From Tubulanus polymorphus (Eukaryota > Animalia > Nemertea), in NCBI RefSeq assembly GCF_964204645.1, contig NC_134032.1, positions 15,488,275 to 15,552,274 on the forward strand: DNA of 64,000 bases. The letters run 5' to 3'. A program made the translations under genes and the position numbers. The notes below the pieces were generated by a model. That model searched no databases, had not been told where the DNA came from, and worked only from the letters and a program-made list of their open reading frames with translations. Numbering within the stretch: position 1 is the first letter of the stretch; each line of letters starts with the position of its first letter. Positions 35,534 through 50,280 of this stretch are shown piece after piece.

Positions 35534-38500
35534 TCAGGTCCCGGAGTGCAGCTCAGAGGGAGACCGGAAAAAATCGCTCAAATATTGGGTCTTCGCGCTT
35601 TGAAGAAAGCTAATAATACATATATATATAGACCCCATACTGATCATCTTAAAGCCTATATCACCTGAGGCTATATATCTACACGACGATATTCTATTAC
35701 ACGGAGCAGATATAATCTCTTTATAATCTTTGATTAATTAGGACTCCGACCATGAGACGATCTAAATCCTACTCCGAAATTATAATCCTCTACCTGCAAT
35801 ATAATGGCCTTGTATGAAATCTATAATATAACCTACGTAACTAACGTAAATGATTTTATTCAAGGTCTGTTGGCCGGTGTCAAGTGTCGGTTGGCAAGTG
35901 CCTTGTCTGCAATCAAAAATATCTTTAATGATTTTAATGTTCTATCATGAAAAAAGGTGTTATATAAGCGTCCTATACAGCCGGTCACGGCTAAGACTGG
36001 TCTAAGACTGACTTGGTTATATACTAAGCCAATCTAACTACTTAAGACCGATCTTGGGATTTGAGACCACGTGGCACGACTGTGTACCTGGCCTACACTA
36101 CCTACGTGCGTGCGACGGCATAAACAACCTTGGTGATCGATGTTTATCCTTTCATTTTTTTAAATTATTTCTAACAACGGTGGTTATTGTTGTCTCAAGA
36201 ATCGTCTGGTATGTAGGCCTATCGTCTCTCTTACAATTCACACTTTACCGGCGTCTAATACAATCTGCATTTCAGGTTTTCCCAAGATTCCTCTGCTTTG
36301 TTGCATGGTTACGCTTTATTATTGTTGAGAGCCAAAATCGTTTTTTATTTCGCAACAATATCGTATCGCATAGCAACCCGAATCATAGAAATGGGAATAC
36401 CCGGAAGTGGATTGTCGGAAGTGTCGGAAAATGGTATAACTCTGTTGATCTTAACGCACTGAATGAATTTTCAAATAAATTATTTTTAAATTGATATTTT
36501 ATTCATCTATCGTCTGCGAACATTGACCTAATCAACAATGAAAGCGGTTTTTTGTATCATTGATCGCGTGTCGGAACGAACCTCCCCTCGCGGAGCCGCC
36601 GGTGCTATCGTCGGAACTCGGGCAGAAGACAGTCGATCATGAATATTTCATACGTTTCATTAGCGAGAATAAAAAATGAAATACGTGTTTGTTTGTCAAG
36701 GGCTGAGTGATCAACCGTGCAAGTAACTATACTGCGCAGTCAGTGCACTCCGTAGCGACTGAGTCGAGCCTACATTCAATGTGCCGGGAAAGTGTTTCTA
36801 AACGTCAAACTTGCCTAAATTCCCCAACAGGACCTAATTTTACAGTTCTGGAGACTTCACTTCTAGAGTTCTGGACTACAGTTCCACAGCTGTACACCCA
36901 GTTCCCTAGTTCAGGACTCCAGAGTTCCACAGTTCTGAACCCCACCCAGTTCCACAGCTCTGAACTCACAGATCCACAGTTCAGGGCCCAATTCTACTAA
37001 GTTCTGGACCAGTTCCACAGTTCATTGGGTCCAGAATTGTACTGGGTTCGGATTCTCTTGACTTATAACACATAGGCAGTCATAAATGCACAACGGGACA
37101 ACCAAATACAACCGCCCAAACATGGATGGCTCCGGTCATTCCTCGCACGCCTCTACCGGGTACCGGACCACGGACCGGTCAATGTTACAAGTTCATCCGT
37201 AATAGCACCTATCCTATACATACATCACATATACATACACGGTATAATAAATCTGACCGTTAGGTTCAATGGGCGCCTTGATTAGGATTCAAAAAGCCGA
37301 GACGAAGTATTCGACGACGGGACGATATATGAAAAGATCCGACGACGCAATAAAAGAAAGGCCAAGTAGTGGCCACTATCAATACGGCCAATCAGCGGAC
37401 AGTTTGTCTATAGTCTATAGCGGTGATTATCTGCTATATGAGTCTACTTGTAATAAACATAATCTGAAGTGAATAGCCGTGTCGCACGTGGAGTGAAAGA
37501 ATCTGCGGTCTAAATTAACAGACCGCCATATTTGTACCTACACTGACCCCGCCGCCGCCGCCGCCTCCGCAAGCCATATATCATTAGACCATTCATTTTA
37601 AATTGTTTAGTGTCGTTAACGAGTCCAAACACGCCGTCGTTAATTTATATCATACCCCGGACACCCCCCCCCCCCCAAGTTAACGGCAAACCAGTCACGT
37701 CTACAGTAACTATTGATTTATTTTTCTTACTTGAAAATATTTTTAGATATAATTTTTTTCGAGGAATTTTAAATCTTTATTTATATTACGACTTTTTGCG
37801 AAACTAGGACCCGAAAATGATCCCCGAAGACAGTCGCTCCAAGGTCCACAGTGCTTTAAAAACCACAGGAATAAATTAACATCAATCAAAGCCCATAATG
37901 AATTATTATGTCCATCATAAAAATGTGAAGCCTAATCGGCAAAAAAGCAAGACTTCGTGACTTAGAAAACTGAATTGGAAATAAAAATTAGAACTCAAAA
38001 ATAGAGATGACTTCAGCAATATGTGCCGACCTAAAGTTTGGCTGTATTATCAAATCCTTTGCTATGACAACAAGACCTCCAGCACGAAACAGAATGCATT
38101 GTAACTTCTTCATGTAGGTCGAGTGATAAAGCGACAAAATATTTACACCTTTAACCGATGTATCGAATAGATACAGAACAGATTGCGACGTGAAAATGAT
38201 ATATCATTCAACAAACGAATAAAGAAACCTCAAACAACAAACATCTGTAAAGATCTTTGACCGTAAGATATTGTCCGATTTAGTCACGAATAATCAAAAT
38301 CTATAAAATGACCTTGGCCTGAAAGAGTATGTAAAAGTTCTTTTTATACAACACTGAGAATTGATCCACGCGCCACGCGAGGTAGCAACACTTTATTGCA
38401 ACTTGTGTCGGACGTGTCCGGTCGTAACCCGGCTCGTGTGGGCGATTCCAGGGGTCCACAATCGGTCAATCTATTGTCCACTTTTGGATAGCAACACGGA

Positions 38501-40791
38501 ACAAATGCCTATATAGATACTTTGCTTAGAAAAAGAAAATATCGACGTTGATGTTTTGTGAGCTTCACGAATAAGAAAAGTGAGCCGGCTCGGGCGAGGT
38601 CTTTCGCGTATATGATATACGTGATTATGAAGTAAATTTTTCATCCATATGAAAAATTTTCGCTTTTTTGTTTTTTTTTCTAAAAAAAACCCGTAACTTA
38701 TTTCTTCTAACTAGAAAAAAATACGTTCGCAGCAAGAACGACATAGTTTTTATGAAAAATGCTAGATATTGCTTTGAGTAATAGCCGTACATGACAAACT
38801 ATCCCTGTAGGAAAAACAGAAAAACCACTGCACGCCAACAAAGTCGGGATCACATCGCAAAGGGTTAAAATATGATATCTGTAAAACGACTATATATGCT
38901 CGCCATTTCAAAAATGCATGCAACCAATTTTTAGCGAATTTTTAGCGAAATAAATGAAAAAAAAGAAAAACAAAATTTAAAAAAAATTTAGCTCCGAAAA
39001 TTTTCTTGCTGGAAATTGTATCACATGTCCTAATCGCTTGAAGCAAAGTGCAAATAATTCGCAATAATCAACGGAAATTGCCGGAAAGAACCGATATAGT
39101 TAATTATATGCCGTAATCTACGTAAATGTACGGAAAATACCGAACTGAATTCGACGAGTGCATAATTATTAGCGAAAACACAACAAAAAATATTTAAAAA
39201 AAAACAACCAACAAAATAAATACCAAACCAATAAAATTTGATTTAAATTTGTTATTTGTCTGTTCGATAATGATTTTTCGAGTTATAAAAAAGGGAAAAT
39301 CACAAGAAAGAAAAGAAGTTGGTTTAACGGTGGTATAGGTGCGCCAATAGAAGCCACACACTCAATCACAACGTGGAATAAATATAAATAAATCAAAAAT
39401 ACAGAAAAAAAAGAATAATAATAAAAGAAACGTCACAGGTTGAAAACAAATTCGAGAGAAAAAAACACTTAAAAATCAGTTTTTGGAAATTAATGTCGAA
39501 AGATTTAGAACACAAAATCGTATGTAGTGAATCGTGAGTTGTAAATCGTAAAACTGTCGTTAAAATAATTGGAGAAAAAAAAACAATAACAAAAAGTATA
39601 AATCGGCAGTGACAATCAATTCAATCGATTCAATCAATTAAACTCACAATTTTTGCTTAAGTATAATGGCTGATGTAATTATAATAATGATGATAATAAC
39701 ATTAATCAGTATGATAATAATAATAATAATAATAATCGTAATAATAATTATAATAATCATAATAATACAACTGCAAAAACACTCTTTCAAACCAAACTCA
39801 AAAAACACAAGTTCGACCGGAGGCAGTTGTCTGTGGTCGTCTTATGCTCCTCCGAGTGAGAACACACGGGGCGGGGCCGAGATTAGTTCACTGCGTCACC
39901 GACCGACAGGGGTCGCTAACTGTCAGTCCGTCCGTCCGTACCAGACCTCAGCGGTGAACGAATTCTGGCTTCTTTTCATACTATTTTATCTTTTAAGGGA
40001 AACTTGGAAACGAATTGTCAATCGAAAAATAACGCGAATTTGGGAATAAAAAATTTGGAACGGAGCCAAAAAAGAGATTTCGTTACGCATGCGTAGAGTG
40101 AAGTGTCCTCGAAATTTTACCACGTTGTTTTAACTCAGAGAAAGAGAGTTGGAAATGAGGAAACCGCAGACGATCCCCAAAACGACTCGCAGACAACAGA
40201 CAACCGCCTCGGCCGTGCACTTGCCGTATGATGTACCTATACATATTGTACGATTGTCGCGATGGTCACCGCTATATGGCGCTAGTGGTCGGTAGATTTA
40301 GAAGCCATTATTTATGAGATGCTTCAACTGCGCCTGGGCAAAGATAAAGAATCCGGTTCAAATGAATGAATGAATGAATGAATGAATGAATGAATGAATT
40401 GTGATTCACAGAGTAGAAATAATGGATAGTTGCTATGCGACCAGAAAGGATGGCCCCAAAAAAATGCATCACTTGCTGGGATTCGAACCTGATTGATTCA
40501 ACACGGACATGACGTCACATTTAACCATTTCTAGACCACTGACTATAGTATCATGCTTTGAAGTTATTTGAAATTACACGATATAACAGATGGGCATCTC
40601 TGATTGGTCAACAGTTTGAATGGGCGTCGCTGATTGGCTACGCACGTTTTCACCGTGTTTTGAATCCCAGCAAACGAGGTAACCTCAAAATTTCCACCGG
40701 GTGGCTCCGAGATTATTTTTCGTCTGTATCATACAACCCGCGGTATAATGGCGGTTAAAAAGTAAAGTAAAGTTTTAAAAATCAAACCTAC

Positions 40792-40888
40792 CCTGCAGCT
40801 GCTGCTAAATGGCTGGCAGTGTGTCCGGCGGTGGTTTGGAAATATCCACAACCCGGCCATCCTGCTCTGTATGGAAATGGTATCGCGG
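40792..40888 (-). CDS. RBM24: RBM24/38 exon 3 (AAIPFPYRAGWPGCGYFQTTAGHTASHLAAAA)
   Basis: tttttctctatttcag acceptor, gtaggt donor; 97 nt converts phase 1 (end of exon 2) to phase 2 (start of exon 4) with no stop. Confidence 0.8.
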
Positions 40889-43800
40889 CTGAAATAGAGA
40901 AAAACGACAAAAACCGATTATTAAAAAGATCGAATGATATCATCATTTATACAGCAAATTGAAATCATTCCACAGAATGAGGTACGCGCACGGCTACTGT
41001 GGCAATCGAGGATTCCACGTGTGGCAGGCGAGGATCCGCCAGGAGTCGCTAGTAGAAAGTCTCATTTCCGCGTTCGATTTTCTTCTACATTTCAGTTAAA
41101 TCTGAATAAACTTCTCTTTAATGAATTAATTGTTTATGAAAATAAAAGTATTGTATATTTGGGGGTTGCTCATCCTCGCTTGCCAGGGGTCCGGTATCAC
41201 TCCCGAACTCGCTTCCACCAGCCCCCTGGCCTCACGAAGCGTGATTTCATTACTGGCGCTGTTGCGCATGACGTCATATATCGATTTGCGAAATACTTCC
41301 TTGTTCGGTAAAACGTTCGCTGATTGGTCAATTTAACGGGAAAACCAACAGAAGTCTACTGACGGTTTGTTACAAGCGCTGTGATTGGTACGACCGGATT
41401 CTGGTCGGCTAGTAACGACTCCAACGACTCGTGAGGTCAAGGGGTTCGGCGAACAGCTTTAGCGTAGTGGGTTCGAATCCCTTGACGGGTGAAGATGGGG
41501 GTTGCTGTGATAATGATATAAATGGATTCGGGAGTCTACAAATTCAGTTCAAAAGTTCCGCATTCTAAATCAAACCCTCCGTTTCGCTACTGCCTTTACG
41601 AAAGGGAGGGTTTGACGCAACTATATCTGTATTTGCGGCAGGTGTTGTGGGTTTCTAAGGGACACCGAATCAAGAGGAATTTAAACGAATTCAATAGCAA
41701 TCAAATAAATCTATCATTATTTGAAAGAAGTTGCTGAAAGACAGTGTTGTTTCAGAGTCCATGATTGTACCTATATGAGCGATAATCTCAGGTTGTACAT
41801 ACTGGTAATGCTACCAGAGGTTTGTTAGGTAGGATATACTCTTTTCTATATATATTCAACAAACTGTAGTACTTCATTGCAGTCAAAACAATAACGGTTT
41901 TTCTTTTGTAAAATTTATACGTACGAGATGAAAATATTATTATTATAACTTTCGTTTTGAAACAATTTTTCAACATCTGCGAGAAACTGTCGGTAAACTA
42001 AGAAACAGTCAATCAGACAGACAGACGTGAAGAAAAAGTGATTAACTCGAGAAAGATTTCATTATATTCAGTGTCGAACACATTGATATCGTAAATAAAC
42101 ACCGCGCACACATACTCCGTTCAGTTCACTATTCTTCAGTTGCAGATGAATAAAATCTGAGTAAAGTATAAACGCGCGCACGCACACGTTTCCGACAGAC
42201 AGACGGTATAACGTTATCACGCGGATTCGCCCTCGGCAAGTGAGGATTTTCGAATAGTCAGGAGAGTATTAATGTTATGATAATTAGGATAAAGTCGACA
42301 AATATAAATAAGGCTCAATGGGTATTAGTGGGAATTTTTTCTTTCTGAGGGTCGGATTTTGTATTTTTCCTAATAGTCATCTTAAGGAATATTGGTGCCA
42401 ATACAAACTTGGATTCCTGAAGATGACTGTTAGCAACATTTCATAAGGATGATGTATATCTGCTATCAGGATAAAGGCGAAACGTTGAATAAACTACACT
42501 AGCTCAAGGAATACAGTATTCCTGAAGATGAGTATTAGGATAAAGTCGAAACGTTGAATAAACTACACTAGCTCAAGGAATACAGTATTCCTGAAGATGA
42601 CTCTACAATCAGCTACAAGCTCAACGAAAAACTTAGGACATTTTTTCTCAGCACGAGATGGGATTGTATGTTATCGTTACAACACGGAATCAGAGTTTTT
42701 CATCAACGGCTACCCTCGGCAAGTGATGGTTCCGCAGCAGCAGCAGCAGCAACAGCTATATGAGTTATGTACACTTGCGAAGAGATGAAACAAGCGGAAA
42801 AGAATCATGCAAAACTCGTCGTGACGTCACTTCCTGTCCACGGAGTCAAGGTCATCGACTCGCGTAGATCGACGATAACGATGCCAATTAGTGAAATTGT
42901 TAATTGATTATTAATGAGGATCGCTAATTAGCCGTAATGATTAGTAGTAGGTTACTAGGAAATATACAATTCGAGATAGATCTTGATTAAAATCGTGCAG
43001 TGGAAGAATCAGTTAAAAATTGGTGGTTTATAGTTTTCTGCTTTTGACTAAAATTTATAGAATTAATTAATTCTGCACGAATGATTAGAAACCTGAAAAA
43101 AGGTCTATAAATGATCAACAGCAGCATTCTAAGGGTATAAAGATATATGTGATATATATTTCTGGTCGGCTACATGCAGCAGGCGTAACTACTGTAATAA
43201 GTCTCACTAAATACTGACCAGAATCTGATGATAACCATCTTTGTGCTTCAGTGGCCATATCTAATAAATCAGCAGGGCCTAAATATGGAAAAATTTCATA
43301 CAATATATTATAAAATTTCTATCTCTCTAAACACCGGAGAAACATTTTAACGATTTTCAGTAGACGTGTTAAATAAAAATTTCTAAATTAAAATGTTTAG
43401 ACGATTGGTCAATTAAACCACCACGCTGTGTGTTACTTTCCCTGAGCTATCGTCGTTAAAAATTCACACACGATTAGTTGAAATATAGTTGTTATTTCAC
43501 ACGATTTAGTCGAATTAGGGTCGGCTTGTCGAATTGACTGTGGAACCACGGGGTTCACTAGAACCACAGCTGCGAAATGATCGTTACATTCGCTATTTCT
43601 AATCGAGACACACTCCTAGAGACAGAGGGAGGGCAGATTTCAGATTGAAAACTCGACAGTTGGTTTGGGCAGTTGGAACATTTCAGATTCGGGTCACGAT
43701 TCAATTTCATCCGACCCCAGTCGGGGGCCACGTGACTTGTCGCCTGTCACGGGCAGACGACACTCCAGGCGGCGATGACCGAACAGATACCCCCAGGCGG

Positions 43801-44061
43801 CGGTGACCGGACGGTCAGAAATCAAACCCGACGTCATCATAATACGGCTACTGGACGACAGATGGATTATTAACCTCACTTGCCAGTATTCTGAATCGAT
43901 TCAATTTCCGTGTTGTTAACAGTACCTGTGGGTAATTAAACCCCGGACGAGGGAAAGAGATCCGGGGGAGGTTTTGATAATTTCGCGACCGCGACGCAGA
44001 AACCGTTAATTATGCATCGCTGTACATTGGCCTTTTAATTGACGGCCACGAACAGCAACAC

Positions 44062-44105
<44 letters not shown>

Positions 44106-46049
44106 CGGCTAGCCTCCTCCGCCGCCGCCGCAGACGAGCAACCAGAGCTGATGCTAATCCATTCTGTTCGACGTTCAACGACAAATTATCTGCGTTGTCT
44201 GCTGTTTCTAATGATATCGGTGCCCGTTGCTCGGTGCCCGGTGCCCGTTGTGTTGCTCGAAAATATATCACAATTCAAACTTAACCGTTTTAAGTTTAAA
44301 CTTTGTCGCGAAATTGGAACCAGATGGCGCTTTTCCAGTAACGGTTCAGATATAAAGCCAGCTTAAGACCAAATTACTTGTAGTAGCCAATCTACAAACG
44401 ACTAAAGCTTAAAGATTCAAGACCATTTTTAATCAGTGGTTGTTTCCCGCCTCCCCGAGTTAAGCCATGACCCGCAGGAGATGAGAACATAGGTTTTTGA
44501 TCCGTCATTAGATTTTCTTTAAAAATGAGAGTTAGGGGAATTACTATTCAGATGAACTCTGAACTTGGTTGGAACTGGATTCGACCCGAACAACTCTGAA
44601 CTTGGGTGGAACGATTCCACCTGCAACTAATGTCATTGATATTGTGGGTTTCTGGTCTTGGTGATGATATACTCAGGTGTCGTCTTTGGTTCGACAATTC
44701 CTTCGACTTAAAATAGGTCGTCGTCACAATAGTCGACTGTGCGAATGAATTGACTATCGGTATAGAAACGACGATGAGATTGTAAAGGTGGACGCGCTGG
44801 GTCGCTCATTAAATTCACCGTGATTAATTACGAATTGATGACTTCTTTTCTGACCGGTTACAATAGACGCCGCGTGCGAACGTGAGGCGGACTGCGCGAA
44901 CGGCGCGAAATTATCGGCAAAACCGCAAAAACAATCCAACCAACGATTACCGATTATCTCCCAAACCCCGTAAGCGCTTCAAGAAGATTCATATTTATGT
45001 ACTCGGACAAAAGACGCTTCGCCCGGACGAGCTGACCAGCGTCCGGTTGCCAGGCGACGGCTACATCGACCCCAGGGTCGGCGATGTTTCTATTCTATAG
45101 AAGAATGTCAAGTTCCCATGGTGTGGACAATAGGACGGCTGTTAATGCTAGAATTGCGGTATTCTCTTTGGTGAAATGCCTTATCGAAACTTGTCAATAA
45201 TTACAATTAGAGAAAGAGAGATGAGAAAGAGGGGCAGGAGAGAATGGAGAGAGGGTGGAGAGGGAGGGGAGGGGGAACAAGAGAAGGGGGGTCGAGGAGC
45301 CAGCTAAACTTCAATATTGTTGTCCTCACCAGACACATGAAGTAATCAGGCGATCATCTCTAGGGTGAGATCGAAACGTCATGTATCTTAGATTATTTGA
45401 ATTAATAAATTCTTGCTTTTAAAATTATTTTCATTTGTACATAGTTGGTTTTATGAAGTAACCAATAATTCGAGTTTGAAGCCCGCCGAATAAACAAAGA
45501 TTTCAGTTTAGTCCAATCATGCTACGTAGCTAGCTCACTCCGAAGGATCTTTAACGACAACTTTTTATCTTATCTGACACTCCGTAGTACCCGGTCTACT
45601 ATGAAAGTACATTTAACCCCTGGACCCGGTTTCAATAGACTAGGATCAACTTGAACCCGGGGGGGGGGGGGGCTTCATTCTTTTTCAACTGAGTTAACCT
45701 CCTGGTTTAAGATAATTCCACTCCATGTATTTTAGCTGTTCTTACACGTTACCGTCATCTAATTTACATATACGGGCAGATGATAGTTACAATATATGTA
45801 TATGTACATACACTGGCCGGTACGATATACAATGCAATACAATGTATTTACGGATAGTATTCATTGTAAACAGACGATATGAATAATGAACTAGTCGTTG
45901 CCGCTGTTAGGTTGGAAAACGTCGAGACCGGTTCTTCGTGAAGAAATTTAATGATGACCATTAATACACAATTGTTAGCCGACTCGCGACCATAGAAATT
46001 CTGCGTTTCGTTGCCGGCTCGCAAGCTGTCGATCTCGTCTTCATCGTTC

Positions 46050-47082
46050 TATAGTCACATTTTGGTTCTATAACCAATCTAACAACTTATTACCAGTCTA
46101 AGCTCATTTTGGTTCAATTACTAATCTGACAACTTAAGACCAGTCTAAGCTCATTTTGTTCTAAAACCAATCCAACAACTTAAGACCAGTCTAAGCTCAT
46201 TTGGTTCTATAACCAATCTAACAACTTAAGACCATTCTAAGCTCATTCTGGTTCTATAGCCAGTCTAACAACTTAAGTCCAGTCTAAACTCGTTTTAGTT
46301 CTATAACCAATCTAACAACTTAAGACCATTCTAAGCTCAGTTTGGTTCTATTGCTTTGGATCTTCGTCCAGTAAGTTGTTGCAAATTGGCTAGGGCCTGG
46401 TGTCCAACGTATTCGGTCTGTCGAAATAGACACGGGCCCATTTGACAGTTGTTCCCGACCAAACTCGACCCCGGGGCAAAAACGGTCGTGTGAACGCGCG
46501 GGTTTAAAGTAAGAAACAAAGATTGAATATCGACTTGAACGCGCGGCCTTATTCTATAATTATAAATGTATAAGGCGACATTTGAATCGGTATTGTTCAA
46601 ATGGAATTTCATTTATTGTAGTCTCGTCAATGTACACACACGCACACAACATCAAGGTATAGCTGGTCTATACAAACAGGCAGCGCTCTGTGATACTGAC
46701 CACTGCAGTCGTCCACATTGTCACATTATATTATCGTCGATTGAATTGTCTCTCAACACCGCGAGATAAAGTTTGCACTCGTATTTTAGCGATAAGTATC
46801 GCTTCTGTCCAGACAGTGTCCTTAGAATTGTGATAAGAAGATAAACTTGGACAATAAATTCACCTAAAACTTATTATCACATTCTGATCACTATGCGAAC
46901 AAAATGGAAGGAAGTAAACAGTACAATAAGTTCCGGGACTAAACTGGTCTTAAGTTGTTAGATTGGTTATAGAACCAAATTGAGCTTAGACTGGTTTTAA
47001 GTTGTTAGATTGGTTATATAACTACAATGGGCTTAGACTGGTCTTAAGTTGTTAGATCGGTTATAGAACCAAAATGAGTTTA
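46050..47082. repeat. Two oppositely oriented 47-bp satellite arrays (46050-46350 and 46940-47082)
   Basis: Unit and its reverse complement. Confidence 0.88.
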
Positions 47083-48487
47083 TGATATATGAATTTATTA
47101 TTGGTGTTAACCCGCGTTACTTTCTTAAAGCCATTAACGTCAATCAATGACGTCACCCAATAGCCTACGTAATCCGTCCGCGTTCTGAAATCATGTTTTA
47201 CGATCTTTCATTCTGTCGACAGCAAAAGTCGAAAACCTTTTTTATTTATGATTCAATTTCAATGACGTGACGTTTCATTCATTCATTATATAAATAAAAA
47301 ACTGTCATATCTAAAACACGGAAGATATTGAAACTCATGCGGTTCGGCGACACAACTAAACCACGTCGCATGACTTAACTTGGGTTTTATATTTTTCCAT
47401 ATAACGAATACAACTGTATATGTAGTTGCGATCAGGGCCCGCGGTTTAGATTCAATAGTTTTGTGAGTTAAGATTTTGATAAACTTCAGAAATGATCTAC
47501 AATTTCATCAGGACTTATTAGTCTATTTTGACCAAGAACTGTTGAACTGGGGCAGAGTTCCTCGTCAGGTCTCCGGAATCAATAAGTGGATGAACTGTAG
47601 ACCACAGCTCCTCATCAACCGGCAAATCAAAACATCCGTAACAGGCGAGAATCCATCGAGAACCCATAAGTTTCGTCCAATGGGGTTTCGTTCGCATGTA
47701 ATAATAATAATAATAATAATATTTATTTACAGTCCGTTACATAAAATATCTCAACAGACTTTACAAATTGACAAAAACATAAGACATAAAATATTACCCA
47801 ATAAAATAGATATTTAATTTCAGGGTTTAAATGTCCAGGGTTTGCTAGATTGGTATCAAAGTCTATAGGCCTATACGTAAATGTATGTTTGTAATTGAAT
47901 ATATACTTCGTATGAAAAATACAACCGATTGAAAGGTCGTCTGCTAACCGAACGAACCCGTTTTGAAAACAAACTGTTACATTATGCAAGACGTATTAAG
48001 AGATATTTTTTCGAGGCCGCGCGTTGTGTCTCCGACAAGCGCGTCTTAATAATAACAATAATAATAATGGATAATAAACTGGGTTGTGAAATCCAGTCTT
48101 CGCCGTAAAAAAAAAAAAACACTCGTCTTAAGAATACGTTTTTGCTATAGGTATAATTTCGTTTCATATACCGTTTTGGTGAATTGAGCGTAAAACTGGA
48201 TTACAAAGGGCTTAATGTGATTAACTGGTAGGTCTATACACGGACGGGGTCGGGTCGTTTTACTTTCGTCTCGAGTGGTTTTTAGTATCGTGTAGAACAC
48301 GCGCGCGCTCGAGAGAGCCAATAAACCACTATCTACATATCACACGAAATCACACGTAACAAACGTCCCGATGTTTTTTAGCGTTGAAATTCGTAGTTGA
48401 GATATCCGTGCGATCATAAAGATCTGAGAATAGCTTAGCTAACAATTTCAAGGCCAGGTTTAATGCCATCTTATATAACCTATAACT

Positions 48488-49050
48488 AAAGCCAATCTAA
48501 CAACTTAAGACCAGTCTAAGCTCATTCTAGTTCTATAACCAATCAAACAACTTAAGATGAGTCTAAGCTCATTTTAGTTCTATAACCAATCTAACAACTT
48601 AAGACCAGTCTAAACTCATTTTAGTTCTATAACCAATCTAACAACTTAAGTCCAGTCTAAACTCATTTTAGTTCTATAACCAATCTAACAACTTGAGACC
48701 AGTCTAAGCTCATTTTAGTTCTATAGCCAATCTAACAACTTAAGACCAGTCTAAGCTCATTCTAGTTCTATAACCAATCAAACAACTTAAGATGAGTCTA
48801 AGCTCATTTTAGTTCTATAACCAATCTAAAAACTTAAGACCAGTCTTAGCTCATTTTGGTTCTATAACCAATCTGACAACTTAAGACCAGTCTAATCTGA
48901 TTTTGGTTCTATAACCAATCTAAAAACTTGAGACCAGTCTAAGCTCATTTTAGTTCTATAACCAATCTAACAACTTAAGACCAGTCTAAACTCCTCTTGG
49001 TTCTATAGCAAATCTAACAACTTAAGACCTTACCGATTTAAGACCACTTT
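48488..49050 (+). repeat. 47-bp satellite array (~11 copies)
   Basis: Ends in the MITE-B subterminal motif gatttaagaccacttt. Confidence 0.92.
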
Positions 49051-49427
49051 TAAGCTTAGTTTTATCAAGCTCAGTTACACGCAATAGCCCGAAATGCTTG
49101 GGGCAGCAGTAACTCAAATCAGCGAACTGTATTGTTTTGGTATAAAGGAGTGCCCGAGGGGAGGGTACAGAAACCCGGAAGTATTATTACGTAATTATGT
49201 AAATCTATATTCTGTGTAATTATAATATTTTCTTCGCGCTCGCAGACGAATTCACGTTTTATTATATATATGTATATAACTCATGGGTGTGAATTCCGCC
49301 AGAAGCCGGGCCAAATCTAGTCCCAGAATAGTGAATGCATTTCTCGTTTTCAAGACAAGATTGATGTCTTCAACTAACTGACTAACCGCTAATTACCTAC
49401 TCACTCATATACTAACCCGAATATACT

Positions 49428-49500
49428 GTGCGATTAGCTCAGTTGGTGAGGTGAAGGACTAGGCCCCGAGAGGTCCCTGGTTCGAAACCACGTCTGGCGT
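49428..49500 (+). mobile_element. tRNA-derived SINE head or tRNA pseudogene
   Basis: A-box TAGCTCAGTTGG (49435) and B-box GGTTCGAAACC (49479) at tRNA spacing; acceptor stem does not pair well. Confidence 0.65.
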
Positions 49501-49865
49501 TATCTGTCAAGACCTATACATGAACTAATCTCTGCTAACGAAGTCAGGACCACAGATCGTGAATTTTGATTATAATTTTTTTCTAAATCGTTTTCAATCT
49601 TTTAAATTCTGTACACATTCAAAATGGGTTTCAAACTTATTTTTGATAATGATATAATTCATGAAACGGACCCCGGACAGGTGTCTTACATCTCGAGCCG
49701 GCGATAACCTCAACACACGCACGTATATAAACCGTCAACTTATTTAAAACAATCCCAGATCATATTACACCCGACAAACACTAACCATTGAACATATATA
49801 TATTACTTACTACAATGATATCCACTGCCTAGTAGACTTGTGTATAGATTTATTATGTAAGGTTT

Positions 49866-50280
49866 ACAACCAATCTAACAACTTAAGATCAGTCTAAACT
49901 CATTTTGGTTCTATAACCAATCTAACAACTTAAGACCAGTCTAAGCTCATTTTAGTTCTATAGTCAATCTAACAACTTAAGACCAGTCTAAGCTCATTTT
50001 GGTTCTATAACCAATCTAACAACTTAAGACCAGTCTAAATTCATTTTGGTTCTATAACCAATCTAACAACTTGAGACCAGACCCTATAGCCAATCTAACA
50101 ATTTAAGACCATTCTAATCTCATTTTGGTTCTATAACCAATCTAACAACTTAAGACCAGTCTAAACTCATTTTAGTTCTATAACCAATCTTAAACATAAG
50201 ACCAGTCTAAGCGCATTTTAATAGTTCGATAACCAATCTAACAATTTAAGATCAGTCTAAGCTCAATTTTGTTCTATAAC
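49866..50280 (+). repeat. 47-bp satellite array
   Basis: About 9 copies. Confidence 0.92.

Noticed and set aside
44035-44284. Poly-Ser/Leu/Arg ORFs
   Set aside because: Driven by (CAG)n/(CCG)n repeats with non-ATG starts and no recognisable domain.
49428-49500. Functional tRNA gene
   Set aside because: A and B boxes are present but the acceptor and anticodon stems do not pair; kept as SINE or pseudogene.
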